64,000 bases of DNA from Eledone cirrhosa. Lineage: Eukaryota. The notes under the pieces are model-generated. The model did no database searches and was not told the DNA's origin. It saw only the letters and a program-made list of their open reading frames with translations. The first letter of the stretch is position 1. Each line of letters starts with the position of its first letter. The position numbers and the translations under genes are program-made. The stretch spans positions 341,558,001 through 341,622,000 of the forward strand of contig OZ024742.1 in assembly GCA_964016885.1 (NCBI GenBank). Direction: 5' to 3'. Below, in pieces: positions 49,230 through 62,657 of the stretch.

Positions 49230-52200
49230 TATATGACCCACATTTCTATGATCCACACTTCTATGACCCACACTTCTATGACCCACACTTCAATGACCCA
49301 CGCTTCTATGGTCTACACTTCTATGACCCACACTTCTATGAGCCACACTTCAATGACCCACACTTCTATGACCCACGCTTCTATAACCCACACTTCTATG
49401 ACCCACACTTCTATGACCCACACTTCTATGACCCACACTTCTGTGACCAACACTTCTATGACCCACACTTCTATGACCCAAACATCAATGGTCTACACTT
49501 CTATGACCCACACTTCTATGACCTACAATTCTATGACCCACACTTCTATGACCCACTCTTATATGAACCACACTTATATGGCCCACACTTCAATGACCCA
49601 CACTTCAATGACCCACACTTCTATGACCCACACTTCTATGACCCACACTTCTATGACCCACACTTCTATGACCCACACTTCTATGAACCACACTTCTATG
49701 ACCCACACTTCTATGGTCTACACTTCTATGGCCCACACTTCTATGACACACACTTCTATGATCCATACTTCTATGACCCACAATTCAATGACCCACACTT
49801 CTATGACCCGCCCTTCTATGACCCATACTTCTATGGCCCACACTTCAATGATCCACACTTCTATGACCCACACTTTAATGGTCTACACTTCTACGACCCA
49901 CACTTCTATGACCCACACTTCTATGACCCACAATTCTGTGAGCCACACTTCTATGACTTACACTTCTATGGCCCACTCTTCTATGGTCCACATTTCTATG
50001 ATCCACATTTCAATGACCCACAATTCTATGACCCACACTTCTATGGCCCACACTTTAATGACCCACACTTCTATAACACACACATCTATGACCCACATTT
50101 CTATGATCCACATTTCTATGACCCACACTTCTATGATACACACTTCTATGGGCCACACTTCAATGACCCACACTTCTATGACCCACATTTCAATGGTTCA
50201 CACTTCTATGTCCCACACTTCTATGACCCACACTTCTATGACCTACACTTCTATGACCCACAATTCTGTAACCCACACTTCTATGACCCACACTTCTATG
50301 GCCCACAGTTCAATGACCCACACTTCTATGACCCACACTTCTAAGGCCCACATTTCTATGATCCATATTTCTATGACCCACACTTCTATGACCCACACAT
50401 CTATGACCCACATTTCTATGATCCACTTTTCTATGACCCACACTTCTATGATCCACACTTCTATGACCCACATATCTATGATCCACACTTCTATGACCCA
50501 CACTTCTATAAACTACACTTCTATGATCCACACTTCAATGACCCACACTTCTATGACCCACACTTCTATGACCCACATTTCAATGGTCTACACTTCAATG
50601 ACCCACACGTCTATGACCCACACTTCTATGGCCCACATTTCTATGACCGACATTTCTATGACCCACCCTTCTATGATCCTCACTTCTATGGCCTACACTT
50701 CAATGACCCACACTTCTATGACCCACACTTCAATGACCCACATTTCTATGACCCACACTTCTATGACCCACACTTCTATGACCCACACTTCTATGACCCA
50801 CACTTCTATGACCCACACTTCTATGATCCACACTACTATGGTCCACACTTCAATGACCCACATTACTATGATCCACACTTCTATGGCCCACATTTCAATG
50901 ACCCACACTTCTATGACCCCCCAATTCTATGGCCCACACTTCAATGACCGACACTTCTATGACCCACACTTCTATGACCCACACTTCTATGACCCACACT
51001 TCTATGACCCACAATTCTATGACCCACACTTCTATGACCCACATTACTATGATCCACACTTCTATGGCCCACATTTCAATGACCCACACTTCTATGACCC
51101 ACACTTCTATGACCCACATTTATATGATCCACACTTCTATGACCCAGACTTCTATGACATACACTTCTATGATACACACATCTATGACCCACATTTCTAT
51201 GATTCATATTTCTATGACCCACACTTCTATGATCCACACTTCTATGGCCCACACTTCAATGACCCACACTTCAATGGTCCACACTTCAATGGTCCACACT
51301 TCTATGACCCACACTTCTATGACCCACACTTCTATGACCTACACTTCTATGACCCACAATTCTATAACCCACACTTCTATGACCCACACTTCTATGGCCC
51401 ACAGTTCAATGACCCACACTTCTATGACCCACACTTCTAAGGCCCACATTTCTATGACCCACACTTCTATGGTCCCCACTTGAATGACCCACACTTCTAT
51501 GACCCACACATCTATGACCCACATTTCTATGATCCACATTTCTATGAACCACACTTCTATGATCCACACTTCTATGACCCACATTTCTATGATCCTCACT
51601 TCTATGACCCACACTTCTATAAACGACACTTCTATGATCCACACTTCAATGACCCACACTTCTATGACCCACACTTCTATGACCCACATTTCAATGGTGT
51701 ACACTTCAATGGTCTACACTTCTATGACCCACACGTCTATGACCCACACTTCTATGGCCCACACTTCAATGACCCACACGTCTATGACCCACACTTCTAT
51801 GGCCCACATTTCTATGACCGACATTTCTATGACCCACCCTTCTATGATCCGCACTTCTATGGCCTACACTTCAATGACCCACACTTCTATGACCGACAAT
51901 TCAATGACCCACATTTCTATGATCCACACTTCTATGACCCACACTTCTATGACCCACACTTCTATGATCCACACTACTATGGCCCACACTTCAATGACCC
52001 ACCCTTCTATTATCCACATTTCTATGACCCACACTTCTATGACCCACACTTCTATGACCCCCACTTCTATGGCCCACACTTCAATGACCGACACTTCTAT
52101 GATCCACACTTCTATGACCCACACTTCTATGACCCACACTTCTATGACCCACACTTCTATGGTCTACACTTCTATGACCCACACATCAATGGGCTACACT

Positions 52201-55200
52201 TCTACGACCCACACTTCTATGACCCACAGTTCAATGGTCTACACTTCTATTACCCACACTTCTATGACCCACACTTCTATGGCCCACACTTCAATGATCC
52301 ACACTTCTATGTTCTACACTTCTATGACCCACACTTCAATGGTCTACTCTTCTATGACCCACAATTCTATGACCCACATTTCTATGACCCACACTTCTAT
52401 GGCCCACACTTCAATGACCCACACGTCTATGACCCACACTTCTATGGCCCACATTTCTATGACCGACATACCTATGACCCACACTTCTATGATCCACACT
52501 TCTATGGCCCACACTTCAAAGACCCACACTTCTATGACCCACACTTCAATGACCCACATTTCTATGATACACACTTCAATGACCACAATTCTACGACCCA
52601 CATTTCTATGACCCTCACTTCTATGACCCACACTTCTATGGCCCACACTTCAATGACCCACACTTCTATGACCCAGACTTCAAGGACCCACACTTCTATG
52701 ACCCACACTTCTATGACCCACACTTTCATGACCCACGCGTCTATGACCCGTACTTCTATGACCCACACTTCTATGGCCCACACTTCAATGATCCACACTT
52801 CTATGACCAACACTTCTATGACCCACACTTCAATGGTCTACACTTCTATGACCCACAATTCTATGACCCACACTTCTATGACCCACACTTCTATGGCCCA
52901 CAGTCCCATGCCCCACACTTCTATGACCCACATTTCTAAGGCCCACATTTCTATGATCCACATTTCTATGACTCACACTTCTATGACCCACACTTCTATG
53001 AACCACACTTCTATGACCCACACTTCAATGACCCACACTTCTATGACCCACACTTCTATGACCCACAATTCAATGGTCTACACTTCTATGACCCATACTT
53101 CTATGACCCACACTTGTATGATCCACACTTCTATGGCCCATACTTCAATGACCCACACGTCTATGACCCACATTTCTATGACCGACATTTCTATGACCCA
53201 CACTTCTATGATCCACACTTCTATGGCCCACACCTCAATGACCCACACTTCTATGACCCACACTTCAATGACCCACATTTCTATGATCCACACTTCTATG
53301 ACCCACACTTCTATGACCCACACTTCTATGACCCACACTTCAATGACCCACATTTCTATGACCCACATTTCTATGACCCACACTTCAATGGTCTACACTT
53401 CTATGACCCACACTTTTATGACCCACACTTCTATGATCCACACTTCTATGGCCCACACTTCAATGACCCTCCCATCTATGACCCACATTTCTATGATTCA
53501 CACTTCTATGACCCACACTTCTATGGCCCACACTTCAATGACCGACACTCCTATGACCCACACTTCTATGACCCACACTTCTATGACCCACACTTATATG
53601 ATCTACACTTCTATGACCCACAATTCTATGACCCACACTTCTATGACGCACACTTCTATGACCCACACTTCAATGACCCACGCTTCAATGACCCACACAT
53701 CTATGACCCCCACTTCTATGACCCACACTTCTATGGCCCACACTTCAATGACCCACACTTCTATGACCCAGACTTCAATGACCCACACTTCTATGACCCA
53801 CACTTCTATGACCCACACTTCTATGACCCACATTTCTATGATCCACACTTCTATGACCCACACTTCTATGACCCACACTTCAATGACCCACGCTTCTATG
53901 GTCTACACTTCTATGACCCACACTTCTATGAGCCACACTTCAATGACCCACACTTCTATGACCCACGCTTCTATAACCCACACTTCTATGACCCACACTT
54001 CTATGACCCACACTTCTATGACCCACACTTCTGTGACCAACACTTCTATGACCCACACTTCTATGACCCAAACATCAATGGTCTACACTTCTATGACCCA
54101 CACTTCTATGACCTACAATTCTATGACCCACACTTCTATGACCCACTCTTATATGGCCCACACTTCAATGACCCACACTTCAATGACCCACACTTCTATG
54201 ACCCACACTTCTATGACCCACACTTCTATGACCCACACTTCTATGACCCACACTTCTATGAACCACACTTCTATGACCCACACTTCTATGGTCTACACTT
54301 CTATGGCCCACACTTCTATGACACACACTTCTATTATCCATACTTCTATGACCCACAATTCAATGACCCACACTTCTATGACCCGCCCTTCTATGACCCA
54401 TACTTCTATGGCCCACACTTCAATGATCCACACTTCTATGACCCACACTTTAATGGTCTACACTTCTACGACCCACACTTCTATGACCCACACTTCTATG
54501 ACCCACAATTCTGTGAGCCACACTTCTATGACTTACACTTCTATGGCCCACTCTTCTATGGTCCACATTTCTATGATCCACATTTCAATGACCCACAATT
54601 CTATGACCCACACTTCTATGGCCCACACTTTAATGACCCACACTTCTATAACACACACATCTATGACCCACATTTCTATGATCCACATTTCTATGACCCA
54701 CACTTCTATGATACACACTTCTATGGGCCACACTTCAATGACCCACAATTCTATGACCCACATTTCAATGGTTCACACTTCTATGTCCCACACTTCTATG
54801 ACCCACACTTCTATGACCTACACTTCTATGACCCACAATTCTGTAACCCACACTTCTATGACCCACACTTCTATGGCCCACAGTTCAATGACCCACACTT
54901 CTATGACCCACACTTCTAAGGCCCACATTTCTATGATCCATATTTCTATGACCCACACTTCTATGACCCACACATCTATGACCCACATTTCTATGATCCA
55001 CTTTTCTATGACCCACACTTCTATGATCCACACTTCTATGACCCACATATCTATGATCCACACTTCTATGACCCACACTTCTATAAACTACACTTCTATG
55101 ATCCACACTTCAATGACCCACACTTCTATGACCCACACTTCTATGACCCACATTTCAATGGTCTACACTTCAATGACCCACACGTCTATGACCCACACTT

Positions 55201-58200
55201 CTATGGCCCACATTTCTATGACCGACATTTCTATGACCCACCCTTCTATGATCCTCACTTCTATGGCCTACACTTCAATGACCCACACTTCTATGACCCA
55301 CACTTCAATGACCCACATTTCTATGACCCACACTTCTATGACCCACACTTCTATGACCCACACTTCTATGACCCACACTTCTATGATCCACACTACTATG
55401 GTCCACACTTCAATGACCCACATTACTATGATCCACACTTCTATGGCCCACATTTCAATGACCCACACTTCTATGACCCCCCAATTCTATGGCCCACACT
55501 TCAATGACCGACACTTCTATGACCCACACTTCTATGACCCACACTTCTATGACCCACACTTCTATGACCCACAATTCTATGACCCACACTTCTATGACCC
55601 ACATTACTATGATCCACACTTCTATGGCCCACATTTCAATGACCCACACTTCTATGACCCACACTTCTATGACCCACATTTATATGATCCACACTTCTAT
55701 GACCCAGACTTCTATGACATACACTTCTATGATACACACATCTATGACCCACATTTCTATGATTCATATTTCTATGACCCACACTTCTATGATCCACACT
55801 TCTATGGCCCACACTTCAATGACCCACACTTCAATGGTCCACACTTCAATGGTCCACACTTCTATGACCCACACTTCTATGACCCACACTTCTATGACCT
55901 ACACTTCTATGACCCACAATTCTATAACCCACACTTCTATGACCCACACTTCTATGGCCCACAGTTCAATGACCCACACTTCTATGACCCACACTTCTAA
56001 GGCCCACATTTCTATGACCCACACTTCTATGGTCCCCACTTGAATGACCCACACTTCTATGACCCACACATCTATGACCCACATTTCTATGATCCACATT
56101 TCTATGAACCACACTTCTATGATCCACACTTCTATGACCCACATTTCTATGATCCTCACTTCTATGACCCACACTTCTATAAACGACACTTCTATGATCC
56201 ACACTTCAATGACCCACACTTCTATGACCCACACTTCTATGACCCACATTTCAATGGTGTACACTTAAATGGTCTACACTTCTATGACCCACACGTCTAT
56301 GACCCACACTTCTATGGCCCACACTTCAATGACCCACACGTCTATGACCCACACTTCTATGGCCCACATTTCTATGACCGACATTTCTATGACCCACCCT
56401 TCTATGATCCGCACTTCTATGGCCTACACTTCAATGACCCACACTTCTATGACCGACAATTCAATGACCCACATTTCTATGATCCACACTTCTATGACCC
56501 ACACTTCTATGACCCACACTTCTATGATCCACACTACTATGGCCCACACTTCAATGACCCACCCTTCTATTATCCACATTTCTATGACCCACACTTCTAT
56601 GACCCACACTTCTATGACCCCCACTTCTATGGCCCACACTTCAATGACCGACACTTCTATGATCCACACTTCTATGACCCACACTTCTATGACCCACACT
56701 TCTATGACCCACACTTCTATGGTCTACACTTCTATGACCCACACATCAATGGGCTACACTTCTACGACCCACACTTCTATGACCCACAGTTCAATGGTCT
56801 ACACTTCTATTACCCACACTTCTATGACCCACACTTCTATGGCCCACACTTCAATGATCCACACTTCTATGTTCTACACTTCTATGACCCACACTTCAAT
56901 GGTCTACTCTTCTATGACCCACAATTCTATGACCCACATTTCTATGACCCACACTTCTATGGCCCACACTTCAATGACCCACACGTCTATGACCCACACT
57001 TCTATGGCCCACATTTCTATGACCGACATACCTATGACCCACACTTCTATGATCCACACTTCTATGGCCCACACTTCAAAGACCCACACTTCTATGACCC
57101 ACACTTCAATGACCCACATTTCTATGATACACACTTCAATGACCACAATTCTATGACCCACATTTCTATGACCCTCACTTCTATGACCCACACTTCTATG
57201 GCCCACACTTCAATGACCCACACTTCTATGACCCAGACTTCAAGGACCCACACTTCTATGACCCACACTTCTATGACCCACACTTTCATGATCCACGCGT
57301 CTATGACCCGTACTTCTATGACCCACACTTCTATGGCCCACACTTCAATGATCCACACTTCTATGACCAACACTTCTATGACCCACACTTCAATGGTCTA
57401 CACTTCTATGACCCACAATTCTATGACCCACACTTCTATGACCCACACTTCTATGGCCCACAGTCCCATGCCCCACACTTCTATGACCCACATTTCTAAG
57501 GCCCACATTTCTATGATCCACATTTCTATGACTCACACTTCTATGACCCACACTTCTATGAACCACACTTCTATGACCCACACTTCAATGACCCACACTT
57601 CTATGACCCACACTTCTATGACCCACAATTCAATGGTCTACACTTCTATGACCCATACTTCTATGACCCACACTTGTATGATCCACACTTCTATGGCCCA
57701 TACTTCAATGACCCACACGTCTATGACCCACATTTCTATGACCGACATTTCTATGACCCACACTTCTATGATCCACACTTCTATGGCCCACACCTCAATG
57801 ACCCACACTTCTATGACCCACACTTCAATGACCCACATTTCTATGATCCACACTTCTATGACCCACACTTCTATGACCCACACTTCTATGACCCACACTT
57901 CAATGACCCACATTTCTATGACCCACATTTCTATGACCCACACTTCAATGGTCTACACTTCTATGACCCACACTTCTATGACCCACACTTTTATGACCCA
58001 CACTTCTATGATCCACACTTCTATGGCCCACACTTCAATGACCCTCCCTTCTATGACCCACATTTCTATGATTCACACTTCTATGACCCACACTTCTATG
58101 GCCCACACTTCAATGACCGACACTCCTATGACCCACACTTCTATGACCCACACTTCTATGACCCACACTTATATGATCTACACTTCTATGACCCACAATT

Positions 58201-58380
58201 CTATGACCCACACTTCTATGACGCACACTTCTATGACCCACACTTCAATGACCCACGCTTCAATGACCCACACATCTATGACCCCCACTTCTATGACCCA
58301 CACTTCTATGGCCCACACTTCAATGACCCACACTTCTATGACCCAGACTTCAATGACCCACACTTCTATGACCCACACTT
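49230..58380. repeat. ~4.57-kb tandem higher-order duplication within the 15-bp array
   Basis: Rare variants recur at offsets of 4560-4590, e.g. GACCCCCCAATT (~50916/55476), GGTCCCCACTTGAATG (~51471/56031) and CAGTCCCATGCCCC (~52901/57461). ORFs 50929..51483 and 55489..56043 are identical. Boundaries approximate. Confidence 0.92.
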
Positions 58381-59432
58381 CAATGATCCACACTTCTATG
58401 ACCCACACTTCTGTGGCCCACACTTCTATGACCCACACTTCTATGACCCACACTTCTATGACACACACTTCTATGACCCACACTTCTATGACCCACACTC
58501 CTATGACACACACTTCTATGACCCACACTTCTATGACCCACACTTCTATGACCCACACTTCTATGGCCCACACTTCTATGGCCCACACTTCAATGACCCA
58601 CACTTCTATGACCCACACTTCTATGACCCACATTTCTATGATCGACATTTCTATGACCCACACTTCTATGATCCACACTTCTATGACCCACACTTCAATG
58701 CTCTACACTTCTATGACCCACACTTCTATGACCCACACTTCTATGACCTACAATTCTATGACCCACATTTCTATGATCGACATTTCTATGACCCACACTT
58801 CTATGATCCACACTTCTATGGTCCACCCTGTATTTCATGATGTGAGTATATTCCACAGATGAACATCCAGCAATAAACTAAATAATTATAAGTAGATGGA
58901 CAAAACAAAACAATAACTTAAAACATGCCACATGTTTATCCACAAAGCAATACTTTCTTCCCGTGTGTGTTTCTTTATGTCATGCTTTGTTGGGTAACAT
59001 AAATCATTTACATAGAACATTTATTTTATCCCCAAAAGAAAATTATGTTGTTAGAAAGAAGAGAGAAGAAAAAACGCCAAAGCCCATGTACTTACAAGAC
59101 CTCTTGCTATCTCATTCCAAGCAAATAAATCACCACGAAGGAAATTCTTCAATAGACCAACTTTAGCACTAAATTTACTGTTTGATGAAAAAAAAAAGAA
59201 TGATAGGGAGTTTTTCTTCTGTCATATTCCTTTTATATACTATTTTCTCTTTCTGATTGCTAGGATTTCACGGTTCATTTAATTTTTCATTGAATGCCAT
59301 CTCCAGTCTTAAATTATTTCCCTTATTTATTAATTTATATTTTTTCTTTCTTTGTTTCTTATTCTGTTTTCTGTGGCTTTTTTCATCGCTGTCACAGATT
59401 GATTATGTGATGAAAAAAGAATGAAAAGAAAC

Positions 59433-59459
59433 GTAGTAGTAGTAGTAGTAGTGGTAGTG

Positions 59460-59503
<44 letters not shown>
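59433..59503. repeat. (GTA)n microsatellite
   Basis: About 23 GTA units with two GTG variants. Confidence 0.97.
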
Positions 59504-59778
59504 TAGTCTCCACGTAATGTGTCACCAGAGTGCTGTTTCCGCTCATCTAATTTTACATCAAAACACTGCCAAATCGCCTGTATTTGACATTCAACAAAAG
59601 AGACCATAATTAATCATATTTAAAACACCAACAGTTTTCACTACCAAAGTCAATATGGCGGCGATATTCAGCTATGGCGGCTGCGAGAGTCCAAAGAGGT
59701 GTGACTTAATGTTTCTTCAGAAAGATTGGGAGCTGTCTTTTTGTGATTTACATTAACACGGACATATATACACAAATT

Positions 59779-60116
<338 letters not shown>

Positions 60117-60291
60117 AAATGCACTAACTGTATTATATATACGTTTGTGTGTGTGTCTGTGCGTCTGTGTGTGTATGTGTGGTGTACGCCGCAATAAATT
60201 CTATAATGTATGCATTGACATGTACAATGTATTCACATAAAATAATTATCTAAATTGAAATTATCTATTTTACACACACACATAAACATGA

Positions 60292-60295
<4 letters not shown>

Positions 60296-60347
<52 letters not shown>

Positions 60348-60358
60348 CTATATACGTT

Positions 60359-60393
<35 letters not shown>

Positions 60394-60427
60394 AGTATAT
60401 GTATATATACATATTTATATTTATGTT

Positions 60428-60484
<57 letters not shown>

Positions 60485-60536
60485 GTATATGTAGTATATG
60501 TGTATATGTATATATATGTATATATATATATATATA
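60296..60536. repeat. Compound (TA)n/(TG)n microsatellite
   Basis: Directly visible. Confidence 0.95.
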
Positions 60537-60708
60537 CAAACCATTGATGTCACCATATGAAATGCAATGATTTAAGAACTAAATCTCTGTCAATTAAAAT
60601 AACTATTAATCAAAGATCCACGGTAAATATTTTCACAAAAATATAATATACTTTTTAGGAATCTTCAGGAGAAAACAAGTTTTTAAAGCCACCTGTAGTA
60701 TTTAACGT

Positions 60709-60745
<37 letters not shown>

Positions 60746-60778
60746 ACATATATGTGTATATATATATATATATATATA
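60709..60778. repeat. Compound (TA)n(TG)n(TA)n microsatellite
   Basis: Directly visible. Confidence 0.95.
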
Positions 60779-60973
60779 GGAAAAAGTATGACCCCGACGG
60801 CAGAGCTCAAGCCGTTTCGACGGCTATTTCTGGAAATAGTACAGAAATAACCGTCGAAACGGCTTGAGCTCTGCCGTCGGGGTCATACGTTTTCCTTTTC
60901 CCACTCTACTACCCTAAGTATTGAGTACTCTGGTGCGTTATGGTCCATCTGGTTCCTTACCACAATTCCTTTG

Positions 60974-60974
<1 letters not shown>
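60779..60974 (+). mobile_element. Short foldback insertion between (TA)n tracts, probably an inverted PLE pseudo-LTR remnant
   Basis: Inverted repeat 60779-60832/60842-60895 (54-bp arms, 2 mismatches, 9-nt loop) followed by a ~79-bp single-copy tail. The arm contains GAAA-CGGC-n9-GCCG-TC, the 3' half of a hammerhead. PLE assignment is inference. Confidence 0.6.

Positions 60975-61033
<59 letters not shown>
60975..61033. repeat. (TA)n microsatellite
   Basis: Pure TA tract. Confidence 0.97.
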
Positions 61034-61035
<2 letters not shown>

Positions 61036-61453
61036 AAGGTATATATTGAGTTAGAAACTCAAAATAATCTCTAACAATTAAATACCTCAAGAAAAGAAAT
61101 TTTTCCGGACCGTGTAATATAATTGAATATAAAAGAGAGATAAACACAGATATATACAGATATGTGTTCAAATCGTAAGGGACCAGATTCGCTAGGGTGA
61201 AAAAAATACTAACTATGAACAATGGGGTTTGCCAGACTCAATTTAAAAGAATAAATTAAGAAAAGAAATACAAACCGATATTGCGGCAACTGCCAGACCC
61301 AGACAGCTTTTGGTAATGGTGTTCCGCAATTTTAGTGATAGGGAATTACCAATTGTTTTGCTCATCAGTGGGTGTGAAATTTGTAAACCCTTCACTTCTA
61401 AGTATCCCAGAAGACTGAATAGTGTGCGTATATAAAATAACGCACATTGCATC
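61034..61453 (-). mobile_element. Probable PLE pseudo-LTR / retrozyme-like remnant between (TA)n tracts
   Basis: ~420-bp unique island bounded by TA tracts, carrying a minus-strand hammerhead motif followed by an AT-rich tail. Confidence 0.55.
61297..61373 (-). ncRNA. Type I hammerhead ribozyme motif with one core substitution
   Basis: Minus strand reads ACCCA-CUGAUGA-GCAA..n28..UUGC-GGAA-CACC..GCUG-UC-UGGGU. Stem I is a perfect 5 bp, followed by the CUGAUGA core, a 4-bp stem II, GGAA in place of GAAA, stem III with one mismatch, and a GUC cleavage triplet (+ strand 61302-61304). Confidence 0.75.
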
Positions 61454-61695
<242 letters not shown>

Positions 61696-61841
61696 CTCAT
61701 GTCAAATCTCGAGTAACCACAGTTACAAGGTACTTAATACATTAGTAGTGTAAATATATTTAATAGAGAAATGGCTTCTGCAAGACTATGACTTCGATGA
61801 TTTCATACGAATGAAACAGTTCAAGATTTTTATCTTAAATA

Positions 61842-61881
61842 AATAAATATATTAACCAGTCAATAAATATATTAACCAGTC
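61842..61881. repeat. Perfect 20-bp tandem duplication (AATAAATATATTAACCAGTC x2)
   Basis: Directly visible. Confidence 0.9.
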
Positions 61882-61959
61882 CAGTCGATGGATTGGCAGA
61901 ATTTCGAAAGAGTCAGATACTTTACTGTACCTAACTTCTGAAATTCTTGGTTGGTGAAA

Positions 61960-62012
61960 TTCCGTGTCTAATACAGGTAGTTTACAATAGACTGCCTGTA
62001 TTAGACACGGAA
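61960..62012. repeat. Inverted repeat / hairpin with 25-bp arms and a 3-nt loop
   Basis: TTCCGTGTCTAATACAGGTAGTTTA-CAA-TAGACTGCCTGTATTAGACACGGAA. The two mismatches are both U-G wobbles on the + strand. Confidence 0.9.
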
Positions 62013-62013
62013 C

Positions 62014-62535
62014 TCCAAATACCTGATACTACAAAAACTCAGCAATGTCCAGTAGTGCTAAGTTTAATATTCTGATAGCAGACTTGGTACGAGTGATGAA
62101 GAACGTGTCCCGCATGTGCGACCCAACTGAAATGGAAAGACACATCCAACTCTTCATCAACCGCCTGCAGTTCTCTGGCTACAACCAAAGAGACAGAATC
62201 AGAATATACAAAGGACCCACGGAACATGAAAGGAATTTTCCCATTATACAGGAGTAAATCATGGAATAGCTTAGACAGGACTAAACATAAGATAAGGAAA
62301 GCCACTTCATGGTACGCCAACAAGAGATACCAGAGTGTCATGTTCGTGGATGTTACCCCTGGGGGAAAATTAGCTAACCAATGTAGAAAGGCCATAAGAT
62401 AGACCCACTTAAAGATTAAAGTGGTAGAAAAGCCAGGAACTACCATAAAATCCCTGATCAGCAAAACATACCCCTTTAAGAAAACCCACTGTACTAATAA
62501 GAAATGTGTTATATGTAAAATGAACCCCCAGACGA
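62014..62535 (+). pseudogene. Decayed Penelope-like element ORF fragment (RT thumb/C-terminus and Cys-rich linker preceding GIY-YIG)
   Basis: Translates as SAMSSSAKFNILIADLVRVMKNVS...FINRLQFSGYNQRDR. After a frameshift near 62215-62230 it continues GIFPLYRSKSW...SWY...YQSVMFVDVTPGGKLANQCRKAIR*THLKIKVVEKPGTTIKSLISKTYPFKKTHCTNKKCVIC. This matches recalled PLE motifs (SGY, PLYR, VxFVxxTPG, KVVExxG, CxxxxCxxC). In-frame TAG at 62400. Confidence 0.8.
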
Positions 62536-62657
62536 ACACACACACCAAACATTATACACACACGCAAACGCAAACGCAGAGACGGAGACAAAAATAAATA
62601 AATAAAATAAAAATGGCGTAAACATTACAATACAATATAATAGGAGGGAACATGATA

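Larger units (their letters stand above)
6084..58829. repeat. 15-bp tandem satellite, consensus ATGACCCACACTTCT, ~3500 copies (~52.7 kb), single orientation
   Basis: Continuous 15-bp periodicity. Recurrent variants include TCAATG, GGCCC, GATCC, CATTT and AATGGTCTACAC, with rare 1-2 bp indels. No foreign insertion or inversion noticed. Confidence 0.99.

Noticed and set aside
6084-58829. Telomerase-made repeat (ACCCACAC resembles yeast telomeric sequence)
   Set aside because: The array is interstitial with unique DNA on both sides, and its kb-scale duplicated variant patterns indicate recombinational amplification.
6088-58862. Giant MTHTS/YDPHF (and reverse IEVWV/GHRSV) repeat ORFs as a mucin-like or His-rich protein gene
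   Set aside because: Four of six frames are open simply because the monomer lacks stops, and no MTHTS consensus codon is one substitution from a stop. Indels switch frames freely, and there are no unique termini, signal peptide or splice context.
60620-60675. Minus-strand CTGAAGA...GAAA as another hammerhead
   Set aside because: Stem II does not close on the core and there is no stem I pairing.
60786-60795. Foldback arm starts with TATGACCC, identical to the 15-mer core
   Set aside because: Only an 8-bp match, insufficient to link the satellite's origin to the element.
61884-61964. Possible decayed tRNA-derived SINE head (TGGCAGAAT A-box-like)
   Set aside because: No convincing B-box, and too degenerate to call without a repeat-library search.
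62039-62548. 169-aa minus-strand ORF
   Set aside because: Antisense shadow of the plus-strand PLE fragment, with no recognisable motifs.
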